A stretch of 64,000 bases of DNA from Mobula hypostoma (taxonomy: Eukaryota): the NCBI RefSeq assembly GCF_963921235.1, contig NC_086097.1, positions 192,140,001-192,204,000 of the forward strand, written 5' to 3'. The notes beneath the pieces were generated by a model, which ran no database searches, was not told the origin of the DNA, and was given only the letters and a program-made list of their open reading frames with translations. The first letter of the stretch is position 1; every line of letters begins with the position of its first letter. Positions 38,251 to 49,489 of the stretch are shown piece after piece. Both the position numbers and the translations under genes were made by a program.

Positions 38251-40330
38251 TTAATATTAATTAGTAAGTAATTTATCCATCAAGAACTAACATCTTGCCA
38301 AAAAGAAAGCCATTTACTTCAATTCACTGAAATATATATATTCATAGCCAGTTTTTAAACGATGCTAACATACTTCCTCCACCTCATAGTTTATCTATCC
38401 CTGATAAGGCAGAATTGAAGAGAAAATGGAATATTCTCCAGTTTCCTGGAACAATTCATGTTCAACAATACTCAAGCTGCTTCACAACATTGAGGTCAAA
38501 ACAGTCCACTTGACTGATATTCCATCTATCATCTTAAATATTCACTTCTACCTTTTTTTTGAATCTTGAATAACTTTTGTACTATTACAAAATACACTGT
38601 GACAACTCAGCAAGACTTCTTTGACAGCAACTAATGAACCTTAGGCATCACCTGGAGTAATTCCTGCAGGTGCATGAGAATATTTCTGAGTTCAGCTTCA
38701 TCTGTCCTGATTCAGAAATACATCATTGATTTTTCACAAGCATTGGATCAACAATGTTTAGGTTTTCTAGTCCTTTTCAGCAACAACAAAAAAGCCCTTT
38801 TAGAATGGGAAATTGATTGCCTCTGACATTACTCAGTCTTCTCCCTGCCATCAATTCCATCCCCCGCCCCCACCACCATCCTTGGCTACAAAGCCTTTTC
38901 TTTTCTATCATTGGATCCATCAGTATCACTGACTGTTCTATTATCACATTCAGGACTGCATTTCCCAACACAATATTTTAATAACTGACATTATGGAGTT
39001 CTATGAATTGATAAATTCTGTATTTTTAAGGTTTTTAACTAGATGTCTAAAGTATTCTTTTCAAAATATAAAGATTTCATTAATGGTCTCAGTATGGTAT
39101 ATTTAAGTTTAATTATTCATATGAAAATGAACATATTTCAGAGCAGATAAATTAAGACTGTGAAAAGAACAATGGAAAAAAAACCTAATTGAGAAATATG
39201 ATGGAATAATTTAATTTCTGGATATAAATAATTTAATATTGGCTTGGTTTGTAGTTTCCCTTAAATTAAAGTTACCATGGTCTATTCCTTAGGCCTTTTA
39301 TTTCTATTAAAGCCTCGACAAGGAGAAATAATTCCTATAATAAATTTCTAAAAATTTACTGTGAAATGTAGAAGTCATAGTGGAGGACGGCTGGATGACA
39401 TTGAAATATACTTGTAAATTTATGTCAATCTTGTTTTTTTTTCTGAAGAGGGAGAGCTACTTTAGAGGACATACTTGTAAGGGAAGCTGTTCTCTCAGAT
39501 TACTACCATGGTGGGTAATATTTCTGGAAAAGACATAGATGCCAAAAGCAATTAAAAATGGCCTGTCTTTCATAGTTGCAGATTTTCTTTAAAACACTAA
39601 AATTATGGTTGAGTAGTCTGTATGACTTACGGATCTTGCTTTAGTGAAAGGAATCCAATTACTATGGCTCCATCTGTATTATTTCTTTTAAAACTAGTGT
39701 TAACTCTACAATTTGTAAGAAAATCTTGAAAACAGATAATATTGACAAGCCACATTCACTTCTGAGAAAATGTTGGTTGTTTTGTAGGCTATACAATTCT
39801 TACAGCGATAGTGAGGAATTGCGAATGCCACATTATTGACTGAACAGTACTGGCTGATCCAGTTATGAGCTGGATTATGCTTGATGAATTCTGTTTCTTT
39901 TACTTGTGCTCTCCATTGTTCTCTCAGCAACACTTGCATGTTGTTGCCAGGTGGGATGACTCGAGACCTAGGCCTTGCCTCGGGAGCCATTGTGAAAAGT
40001 GGAGCAGTCCACTGGAAGCAACTGCACCTTAAGTGGTGGATCCCGAGGTACCCCAGCCATGGACCACCCCAAAGGCATTGTTCCAGCTCATGGATATCAA
40101 AGAGCGTTTGATGTTTCTAAATATTTTTAACAGAGATGTTTATAAACAATTAAAATAGATTTAAATTATTGAAATTATTAAAAATTAACAAGTTCAAGAT
40201 ATAGAAATTAATTATTAACAGAGAGAAAAGTAATAAAATAAATCACTTGCCTCCTTTTACTTTCTCGATCTGGCTTGCTGAGTTCATTTAAATTCAAGTA
40301 GAACTGAAGAACAAATGGACTGAGGATATA

Positions 40331-40850
40331 CACTCAGTGGCCACTTTATTAGGTACACCCATACACCGGCTTGCTCATGCAAATATCTAATCAGCCAATC
40401 ATATAGCAACAACTCAATGCACAAAAGCATGCAGACATAGTCAAGAGGTTCAGTTCTTGTTCAAACTAAACATCAGAATGGGGAAGAAATACAAACGTTT
40501 GTAGAATCTAAATGACTTTGACTGTTGCGGCCAGCTGGGGTGGTTTGAGTATCTCAGAAACTGCTGATCTGGGATTTTCACGCAGTCTCTAGAATTTACA
40601 GAGAATGGTATAAAAACAAAAGCCATCCAGTGAGTGAAAGTGCCTTGTTAATGACAGTGGTCAGAGGAGAATGGCCAGACTAGTTCAAGCTGACAGGAAG
40701 GCGGCAGTTACTCAAATAACCATTTGTCTAAGCAGTAGTGTGCTGATTAGCATCTCTGAATGCACATCACATCAAACCTTGAAGTGGATTGGATACAGCA
40801 GCAGCAGTCCATGAACAAACATTCATTGGCCATTTTACTAGGTACCTCCT
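40331..40850 (+). mobile_element. Tc1-family transposon 5' fragment
   Basis: TA followed by a CACTCAGTGGCCACTTTATTAGGTACAC terminus; relic AVSRIYREW..CLVNDSGQRRMARLVQADRKAAVTQIT..SISECTSHQTLKWIGYSS (Tc1 N-terminal HTH region). Confidence 0.72.
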
Positions 40851-41041
40851 GTGCTATAACAATTAGCTTTTTGCAGCAGCTGTACTGTGAATTTCAAATA
40901 TAAATTACATAAACGTAAGTTAACATAGCTTAATGACATAATAAACAAAAAAGTGTGTGTCTTCAGGTTCCTGCATTTCGTGATGGCAGCAATGAGAAGA
41001 GGAAATGGCCTAGATTATGGGTCCTTGATGATGAATGTTAC

Positions 41042-41568
41042 TGTTAGAGTGAGTTTTTTTGGGTAGAAGATATGTTTACACTTAAATGACTTTGGCCACC
41101 AGACTTCTATTTGACTATTTGACAAAGTACTGTGGATTGAGTCAACAACAATGCGCTTCCTAAAAACGTGTGAATACCAGATGCTTCTGGTGCTGTAGTT
41201 TGACCAGATGCTGTAGTTTCAAAGACAGTATTATCTACACATTATAAATATTAATTGTCTTCTATGTTAGCACGTAAAATTCCAAATACATGTTGGCATC
41301 GGAAGGAAAGGATGAAGTTAGGAGGTGTGATGTTTTGTATGTAGCTCCAAAAGGAAGCATTGTCTATGCATTATCTATAACTTTTTAAGTAGCGATTGCC
41401 TTTGTGTTTAGCATATAAGTATCGAGCTCACATTGGGCTAGCAGACCTTTCTACCGAAAGCATCTCCTTCCGTATGATGCCTGCTGCACCTTCTTGTGTC
41501 GAATAAAGAAGCTGCTTTGTATCTACCAGTGACTCTTTCTCTTCGGTGATTTCATCCATGTTACAACA
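41042..41568 (+). repeat. 5' LTR of the second retroviral element
   Basis: TGTT..AACA termini, TATAA at ~41414, AATAAA at 41502-41507, PBS starting 3 nt downstream. Confidence 0.78.
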
Positions 41569-41570
41569 TT

Positions 41571-41590
41571 TGGTGTCAGGAATTGGATTC
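41571..41590 (+). promoter_or_regulatory. Primer-binding site, tRNA-Leu
   Basis: TGGTGTCAGGAATTGGATTC versus the tRNA-Leu(CAG) complement TGGTGTCAGGAGTGGGATTC (2 mismatches). Confidence 0.8.
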
Positions 41591-41741
41591 TTCGTGATCC
41601 GTCATGTGGCCAGCATTCCTAGCAGTCTAAGGTGGTGAGTATTTTTCTAAAATAACACTCACATTTGGATCTGTTCCATTGGTGGTAGACGGGAACAAGA
41701 AGTATCACAAACGTGGAGAGCTGAGCTGGTAGATATAAAAG

Positions 41742-41744
<3 letters not shown>

Positions 41745-41786
<42 letters not shown>
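41745..41786. repeat. (TG)n microsatellite
   Basis: About 21 perfect TG units in the ERV leader. Confidence 0.95.
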
Positions 41787-41787
<1 letters not shown>

Positions 41788-41978
41788 ACATGTGTATTTA
41801 TGCAAGTGAGGAATCTTTGCATGTTAATTTGATTAACTTGTTGAGACTTGGACCACCAGTTGTGAAAGTGAAAGTGAGGTAGCGGCTGGGGGGAGGCGAG
41901 TGTAGCTGGGGAACGATAATGGCAGAGATTCAAAAAGCTGATGAGACAGCCATGGATTATGCAGGACGTAAATACTGA

Positions 41979-42812
41979 GTGTATGAAGAGTATTCAGGGT
42001 TGGATAATCCAGGGAGGGATGACCAAGTTTTCCTAAAAATGCTGAAGGAAGGCCTGAGCTCAGCCCACCAGGAAGTTTTAGATTTAGGCATAACAGTAAG
42101 GTCCACCTACTCTGTGATATTTTCATGGGCCAGTGAGATAGACCAAAGAAAAGGCAAGAGAAATCGTAAAGTGGGTATAGGGGATACAGCTGCTGTGATG
42201 TCCCAGAGAGTTTGTTTTACTTGCCGGCAGCCAGGGCACCTAGCAAAGGACTGCTGGACCAGGTACAAGACAGTGAAGGAATTGATATGCTACAGCTGTG
42301 GCCTATCAGGACATGGCTGGAGACAGTGTCCAAAAGGGAGGGGAAAAACTCAGTCGAAGGTCACGGCAGGCACCCAGTCGCTCACCCCATCAGCAACCAG
42401 TCTGACTGTCGATCAGATGAAAGAGCTAGTAATGGCACCTCTTAGGGCAGAAAAAGATGTGGCAGCGGGCTCCACTGCCAGCGCTGGTGACCCGTGGATG
42501 TACACAACGGCATTGCTAAGGGGACAGCAATGCAATATGTTAGTGGACACAGGGGCATCAGTATCAATAACAGACTTACCCTTACTAACAACAGGACAGG
42601 CCAGTTATATCAGGGGTGTAGAAGGGAAAACAGTAAAAGCAGAAAGAAGCGAGAAGCAAATACTAGAAATCGGGGGAGTACAATTTCCAGTGTATTTCTG
42701 GGTATGTCCAAATAATGAGGGCACGATCCTTGGAATAGACATCCTAAGGAAAGCAGGAGCTGTTATAGATTTGGGAAAGGGAGAAATAATATGGACGAGT
42801 CAGGGGCAGTGA
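41979..42812 (+). pseudogene. Gag C-terminus (two CCHC knuckles) in frame with an aspartic protease
   Basis: CFTCRQPGHLAKDC, CYSCGLSGHGWRQC, MLVDTGASVS and ILGIDIL in one 277-aa open frame. Confidence 0.88.
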
Positions 42813-43379
42813 ATGCATACAACCAACTGAATACACAACCTGCCTAGCATAGTCGCATCTGCCCTGATCATCAGAGAGTGCAGCCCAGATGGGGTCTATG
42901 GGTTACCTTGTCAGCAGTTCCCAGCAGAGTGGGTTACACATAAGCAAGATTGTGGTCGAATAGAGATAAACCCAGTTAAGATAGAGGAGGGTCTGTATTA
43001 ACCCCCTAAGCAAGACCCTATACAAACTGACACACTGGCCACTGTTCAGGGTATAGCGAAGGAACAAAAACATAAGGGGATACTCAGAGAGACTGCAGCC
43101 ATTCCAGAACATAAAGTTTTCCCAGTTCCTCTGAGGGCAGACATTACTGCAAATAAGGCAGCAGGGGAGCAAGAGGCAATTGAGATTGCAAGTGTGCAGG
43201 AGGAAACGACAGAGGCCAGCTTAGTAAAATTCTATGAAGAGGTAGAGGCAGAAGAGAAGGAAAAATGGAGGAGAAAAGGAGCAAAGGAGGGACCAGATGA
43301 GTACTGGACACATGGGGAGGAAAGAGTCGCAGTGGCCCCACCCTGCATTAGACAGATACTATGAAAGTTATATCATAGG

Positions 43380-43900
43380 GTGCTGCATCAGGGAAGGCAG
43401 AGCATGATCACAACCCTCTGGCGGGACTGGTGGTGGCCAGGGATGGGCGGGGATGTTGAGAAATTCTGCCGCCGTTGTATCATTTGTGCCCAGCATAACC
43501 CTGGTAAGGGCAGAAAGCTACAGCTGGCAAATCAGCCTCGGCTGAGAGGACCCTGGGAAAACATCCAGATAGACTTCACAGGGCCGCTGCCAAAAAGTAG
43601 AGGGAAGAGCTACTGTCTAGTAATTATGGATCACTTCACCCGGTGGGTAGAGGCTTTCCCAACAAGGGACTGCATAGCCCGAACCGCTGCATGGATCCTA
43701 GTTCAGGAAATCCTCCCAAGGTGGGGAACCCCAGTCCAGGTGGATTCAGATCAGGGAGCACATTTCATGGGGAAAGTGATGAAGGAAAAGTGTCGACTGC
43801 TAGGGATTCGACAACGGTTCTATGTACCCTACCACCCCCAGAGTTCAGGGATGGTAGAAAGGCTGAACAGAACAATCAAGAATGCATTAGCCAAAGCTAA
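43380..43900 (+). pseudogene. Retroviral integrase (partial Zn finger and DDE core), 3' truncated
   Basis: HQG..WWPGM..CIIC; QIDFTGPLP; WVEAFPT; DSDQGAHF; YHPQSSGMVERLNRTIKNALAK. Similarity is lost after ~43900. Confidence 0.9.
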
Positions 43901-44397
43901 TGTGGATGTGGATCTTCACATTCCAGCTAACTGGACATTCTCCACAGCACCACAGCACTGTGTGCAGTTCAGACTGGCCCAAGCAAGAATAGTGTGTAAC
44001 CTGGCAGAGAAACGGAAGTATTGCCAAAACATTTTTTGCCCATTTTTTCCTTCAGTGTAGGTAATAGTCAAATAAATTCTGATGAGATGCTGTTGTGCCT
44101 TCGATGATCAGATATAAAGCAGCCACTGGTCAGTGGTGGACAGACTGATTATTAAGTACAGTGAGCATGCACGAGTCCATTATCAATTTATCAGAAGGAC
44201 ATGTCTGGATGGTAAATATACTAGGCTGACCTCAGGATCTACTGCCATGTGTGTTTCCAAAATAGCTTCACGGATGGATAAAGGGGAGGTCTAGTAAATT
44301 CCTCCTTCCTCTCACCTAATCAGAGAATTAAAGCCTTGCTTGGTTGACAATGCTTTCTTATGATAAATCATCTGCTTCCATATTTGGGGGAAAAAAC

Positions 44398-44710
44398 AGA
44401 TTTGGAGGGGGAGGGGGAGATCTGAAATGACAGGAGAAGACAGGAGGGGGAGGGATGGAGCTAAGAGCTGGAAAGCTGATTGGCAAAAGGGACACAAGAC
44501 TGGAGAAGGAAGAGGATCATGGGACGGGAGGCCTAGGGAGAAAGAAAGGGTGAAGGGAAAGCCCAGAGGATGGGCAAGGAGTATAGTGAGAGGGACAGAG
44601 GGAGAAAAAGGAGAGAGAGAAAAAAATTAATAATAATAATAAATAAATAAATAACGGATGGGGTACGAAGGGGAGGTGGGGCATTAACGGAAGTTAGAGA
44701 AGTTAATGTT
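44398..44710 (-). mobile_element. Internal fragment of the Penelope-like 3' repeat
   Basis: Homologous to 17180-17473 and 32825-33150; lacks the hammerhead end. Confidence 0.75.
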
Positions 44711-46514
44711 TGTCTTCTCAAAATGAAACACATCACACTCAGAATGTGTGTGTGCACTTCTATGAAGAAGTGAATTGCAGGGCAAAAACAAACTATCCTT
44801 TGACTATACACTTTTTTTATGATAAAAGGAACTTTCATTTATACAGTTCTGACTCTTCCTACTCCCTATTATTCTCCCAATTGGCCCAATCTTTCTGTCT
44901 GACCTTGTGATCACAAGATCCTCTGATTTCCATTTGACTTTTGGTACCAGTGCCCACATGTCAACAATTCTCTCCTGGCATCCCATCCTAACCCAAGACC
45001 TGATTCTAAATGGCACTACCACATTCCTCACCTTCATTCATACTTACCCTAACTTTCCCGCCCTCTGTTCATACCTTCCAGTAGCCTGTGATCAATCCTT
45101 CTGATGCAAAATTACACCCTCTGAAAGCTTTTATATTCTCAAGGAGGCATCAAAGATGAACAACTGTAATTTCTTATATCTAGGAACAACAGAGAAGAAA
45201 GCAATACTTATTTTTCACTTTTATGAGTGTTCTGCATGAGAAATAATTGAACAAGGACATAAAAAGACTTGAATTACATCATCTTTAGGTGATGAAGGAT
45301 AATTTTAGTGTATGATGTAAAAGGTGTGGGCAGAGGGATTAATTAGCAGTGATAGAGTTCACAGTTAATACAGCAGTCTTCAAATTATTCAAAACTGATT
45401 AGTCAATAAGTTTTACTTAGGGGAAAGATGTACAGAGAATAAAGCTGCAATAGTTTACATAAATCTTTTCAAAGGAGTCAGGAACAGATCCATCATTTTT
45501 TCACAAGCATCTTTGATACCAAGAGAAAGATGATGTACAAGGTAAATGGGTTAACATAGATTTGTATAGTGCTCAAGAAACAGATGCAGAAATAAAAAAA
45601 CAATTCACATGTCATAATACCAGATATAAATAAAACCAATCATCGTTTCCAAATCAATTAATGACCATTATGAAATTGGCCTGACCACTTACTTACACAG
45701 TTCTCATTAACATTAGCATGGCATCAGTCAGCCAGCTGTTGCATAGTGTATATTTCCTCCACTGCCGGCAGAAATTGAAGATTTTGGAGAAAACCCATGT
45801 CCTTTGCTGTGCATTCTCAGAGTAACCAAGTCCACAATGTGCAGGGCTTAGAAATCAATTATTAATTAAAGTGTCTGTTTGAGCATATAGATTTCCTGAA
45901 CATACTATTTTCTAACCTTGCTCTTCGATGGTCTGTCACTCATTATATAATTCACTGATCACAATTCTGTGTTGCATGCAGCAATCACTGCTACCTCATC
46001 AGCCCACAATGACTTGGGAACTTAAGAAGCAGAAGAATCAATTAGACCAGCTCATTGCCCTGTTAGGGGAGCTGGGGGACTGAGAGGCAACCAGACACTA
46101 TGAAAATACTTCTTCCTTCTCCTCCTCCATGTTTTTCCTCCCTTCCATTGCAGACTCTTCTGCTGCTGTACTGTGGCTGCAACGTGTAGAGTTCTTTAAA
46201 CATTAACTCATTTCCCAGCAGTCTGCACAATGATGTTGGAGCTGCATACTTTACACAGAGGTCCTAAAGCAATGGTCTGCAATTTTTCTTCCAAGGCATT
46301 CAACATAGACTTTCCATTCACAAATTGTCTTTATTGTCCGGATCCCTTCAATATTTCCAATGTGTTCTCCTTGAGTTAAAGCTTCATGAAGTCTTCAACT
46401 TGCCGACCTACCCAAAGTCAAAGGTCTGGTTTCTGCCTAGGCCAATGATAATCTTCACTAAAACATTCCTCTGCAGTCAGTTCATCCTACTTTTCAGTCA
46501 CTATTATTTCCTCA

Positions 46515-46735
46515 TGAGAAGATCTGCTGATGCTGAAGATCCATGCAACATACACAAAATTGCTGAAAAATTCAGCAGGCCAGGCAGAATCTGTGGAAAT
46601 GAGTAAACAGTTGACGTTTTGGGCTGAGACCAGTCCTGATGAAGGGTCTCAGACCAACACATTGACTATTTACCCTTTTTCACAGATGCTGCTTGACCTG
46701 CTGAGTTCCTCCTGCATTTTGTGTGTGTTGCTTGA
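46515..46735. mobile_element. Penelope-like fold-back centred on the hammerhead region
   Basis: The minus arm ends in gttgacgttttgggctgagac; the plus arm starts agtcctgatgaagggtctcagacc and ends gtgtgttgcttg. Confidence 0.75.
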
Positions 46736-46959
46736 CAATTGTTTCTTGATTATTTTCCGGGGTTCTTGTCTCACTAGCCCATCTTAGTGTCCTTGCTACT
46801 CTTTAGTAGTGTCTGAACTTGGTCATTCCCAAATTTCAAAGTTAAATTTTGCACTGGATGATTGAATGTGCCTTCAGACTCGCTGCATATTGATTTGTAT
46901 TATTCCTTCATTATCTGATCGAATCACTGGATATAATCTAATTACTAAAGTAATTGTTA

Positions 46960-47430
46960 TTTATAGAGTTACAAATATGCAAACAGGCCCTTTGGCCCAA
47001 CTTATCCATGCCTCCCAAGATGCCTATTCACACTAATCCCAATTGAACCATATTCCTCTAAACATTTCTTATTCCTGTACCTGTCCGAATGTTCTTAAAC
47101 ATTGTCATTATACCTGCCTTGACCATCTCCTGTGGCAGCTCATTCCATATACCCACCACCCTCTGTGTGGAAAAACTTGTCTCTTAGATCACTTTGAAAT
47201 TATTCTGCTCTCATCTTAAATCTATGTTCTCTAGTTTTAAACACTCATACCCCATGAAAAAGACTGCAACTTATTATCTTACCCATGTCCATTATAAAGT
47301 TATAAACTTCCAAATGGCCACTCCTCAGCATCCTTCACTCCAACTTCTCCTCTTAATTCAAGCCTTCTAGTCCAGACAACAGTCCTGTGAATCTTTTCTG
47401 CACCCTCCTTAATTTAATTACATTCTTATT
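46960..47430 (-). mobile_element. Decayed CR1 3' fragment
   Basis: acaggccctttggccca.. 3' UTR and the ggcagctcattccatatacccaccaccctctg block shared with other CR1 copies. Confidence 0.6.
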
Positions 47431-49489
47431 TGATACCTTACATATCAGTTAATTTGATTCTTCCAACACAGAAAAAAATGTTTTAAAATACTATTATCAG
47501 AAAAATTAAAGAACAAATCAGCTACCTACTGCTACAATTTCAAGCACCTTTAAGAGAAATGGACTTACATGTGATTAAATTTGATCTGCAAAGAGCTGAG
47601 TACAGTGTTGATAGATGAGCTCTCAATTAGACAAGTGCTGCTGGATGAATTAAAATATGTTCTACATATTGGATGTTTAGAAGGCTTCGGTACCCGTAAA
47701 TACATGGCATGGGAATGCAATGCATAGTTGCTAGATTTGACTCTTTCATGAAAGATGTTGCTGTTAACGTTTACCATTTCCACTTTCAGATTCAGTTTGT
47801 ATATTGGTGAGGCAATTAACGATGGTGTTTGGCTACTGAAGTGTTAAAATCAGTTAGAGCAGATTGGTCTCAGTTGCCAGTAAGAGCACAGAGCTCTGTC
47901 ACCTTCCACACAACCGTATCAAAATGAATTATAACAGTCAATCTGAACTGCCTTTCTTCATTTATGGAACCTATACCAGAAAATGGGATGAGTTGAAGTA
48001 TAATCAATCCTGACAAAAATGATATTCCAGAGGTGAACTGAGTTATGGTCAGCTGAGTAACCCTAAGATAGCTAACAACAAAGGGTTGAATTGCCCACTA
48101 AATATCAAGTGGACTCTGAAGAGATAATTCAAAGCATAAGATTATTAGGAGGCTATATGCAAAGCAACTTCAGTTATTGAAGATTATCCTTTTCGTCAAG
48201 TAGTAGTAAGGTTCAATAAAAATTGTTCAGCCAGTGCAGTATTTCTCTTTATTAATTTTTTTAATTTAGTAATTGCTTTCAATTCTTAAAGGTCTGTTGT
48301 ATTAATCTCAATATGTTGTTTCCCCATTACAAAGGAAACAAAACTATACCTACTATTTATATAAAAAATCAGAAAATGTTGTTGGGTAGGCAGTATCTGT
48401 GGAAAGAAAAGCACTGTTAGCACTTAAAGATTTGTCTATAAGTTGAGAGAGGATGGAGTGGGTGATGGTTTGGACAAAAGGAGTATCTCTGATAGGGTGA
48501 GGCCATGGTTTCCCAGCTCATTACAGTGTTTATGGAGCTGCCTCATTACTAACAATGACAGCTGGAGTGACAGAAAAATAAAACAAATGGACTTACTGAA
48601 GCCATCCACTGCAGGTCAGACTTGATGTTGAATCTGAAACCAAAATGAGAGTATTTGAAATGGCCAGCAAATCAGGCAGTGTCTGTAGAGAAAGAAAGGG
48701 TGAATTCATATTGCAGATAGTTAACCTTTCAGCACAACCGGTCAGTTCTGAGATAAGCAGGAAAAGAGAGCGATTTGTTGTTGAATCTGATACTGAGTCC
48801 CAAAGGTTACAACATGCCCAGCAAAGGGTGGGGTGCTGTTCCTCAAACTTGTATTTGATCAAACAGATTAAACAGGAGTGGGATAGAGAGCTGAAGCAAT
48901 ATATTTACACATGTATAGTAGATGTGCTGTTTATACATGTAATGGTGTATTTGTTATCCACAAAGTACCCACTGCAGGGTGCTTTTTGGTCTAATGGATT
49001 TGAATTCTCCTGTGTGTTATCCACTTGGATTCAGATTGCTTGTGCCTCCAAAACATGACCTGTCTAGTAATGGCAGAGATGCTTCTATACAGTTTAAGTA
49101 TTTGTACTCCTTGTCACATCCTCAAGTGCTATTTTTATGCACCAACAGATCCAGAAGATCCTTGTGATCTTATCCTATAGTTCCTAACTTTCAGTACTTC
49201 CAGACTCATCACGGGTCCATTTGTCAGACTGCCATGATCTGGAAATCAAAGTATGCTCACCATGTCCCCACTTTAAATTGGTTCTACTGAGCTTATGACC
49301 AGTTCTAATTTCTGCCACTTCCAAGTTAGACTGCAGTAAGGACAGCCGAGTCCCAAATGTAAGCCCATCAGAACCTCAGCAGGGTGTAATGAGGTTTGTC
49401 CTGCACTATCAGCAGAAATAATAACCACTTCAACCTCTTGTCCGATACCTTCATATTGGAAACAGACTATTGCACCCCTCCATTAGGCG

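Noticed and set aside
43900..44060. C-terminal extension of the integrase ORF
   Set aside because: Read-through into unrelated flanking DNA after truncation; not a novel domain.
47565..47835. Minus-strand open frame with a GTAAGT donor and a possible acceptor
   Set aside because: No recognisable protein similarity and no partner exons; could be non-coding conserved DNA.
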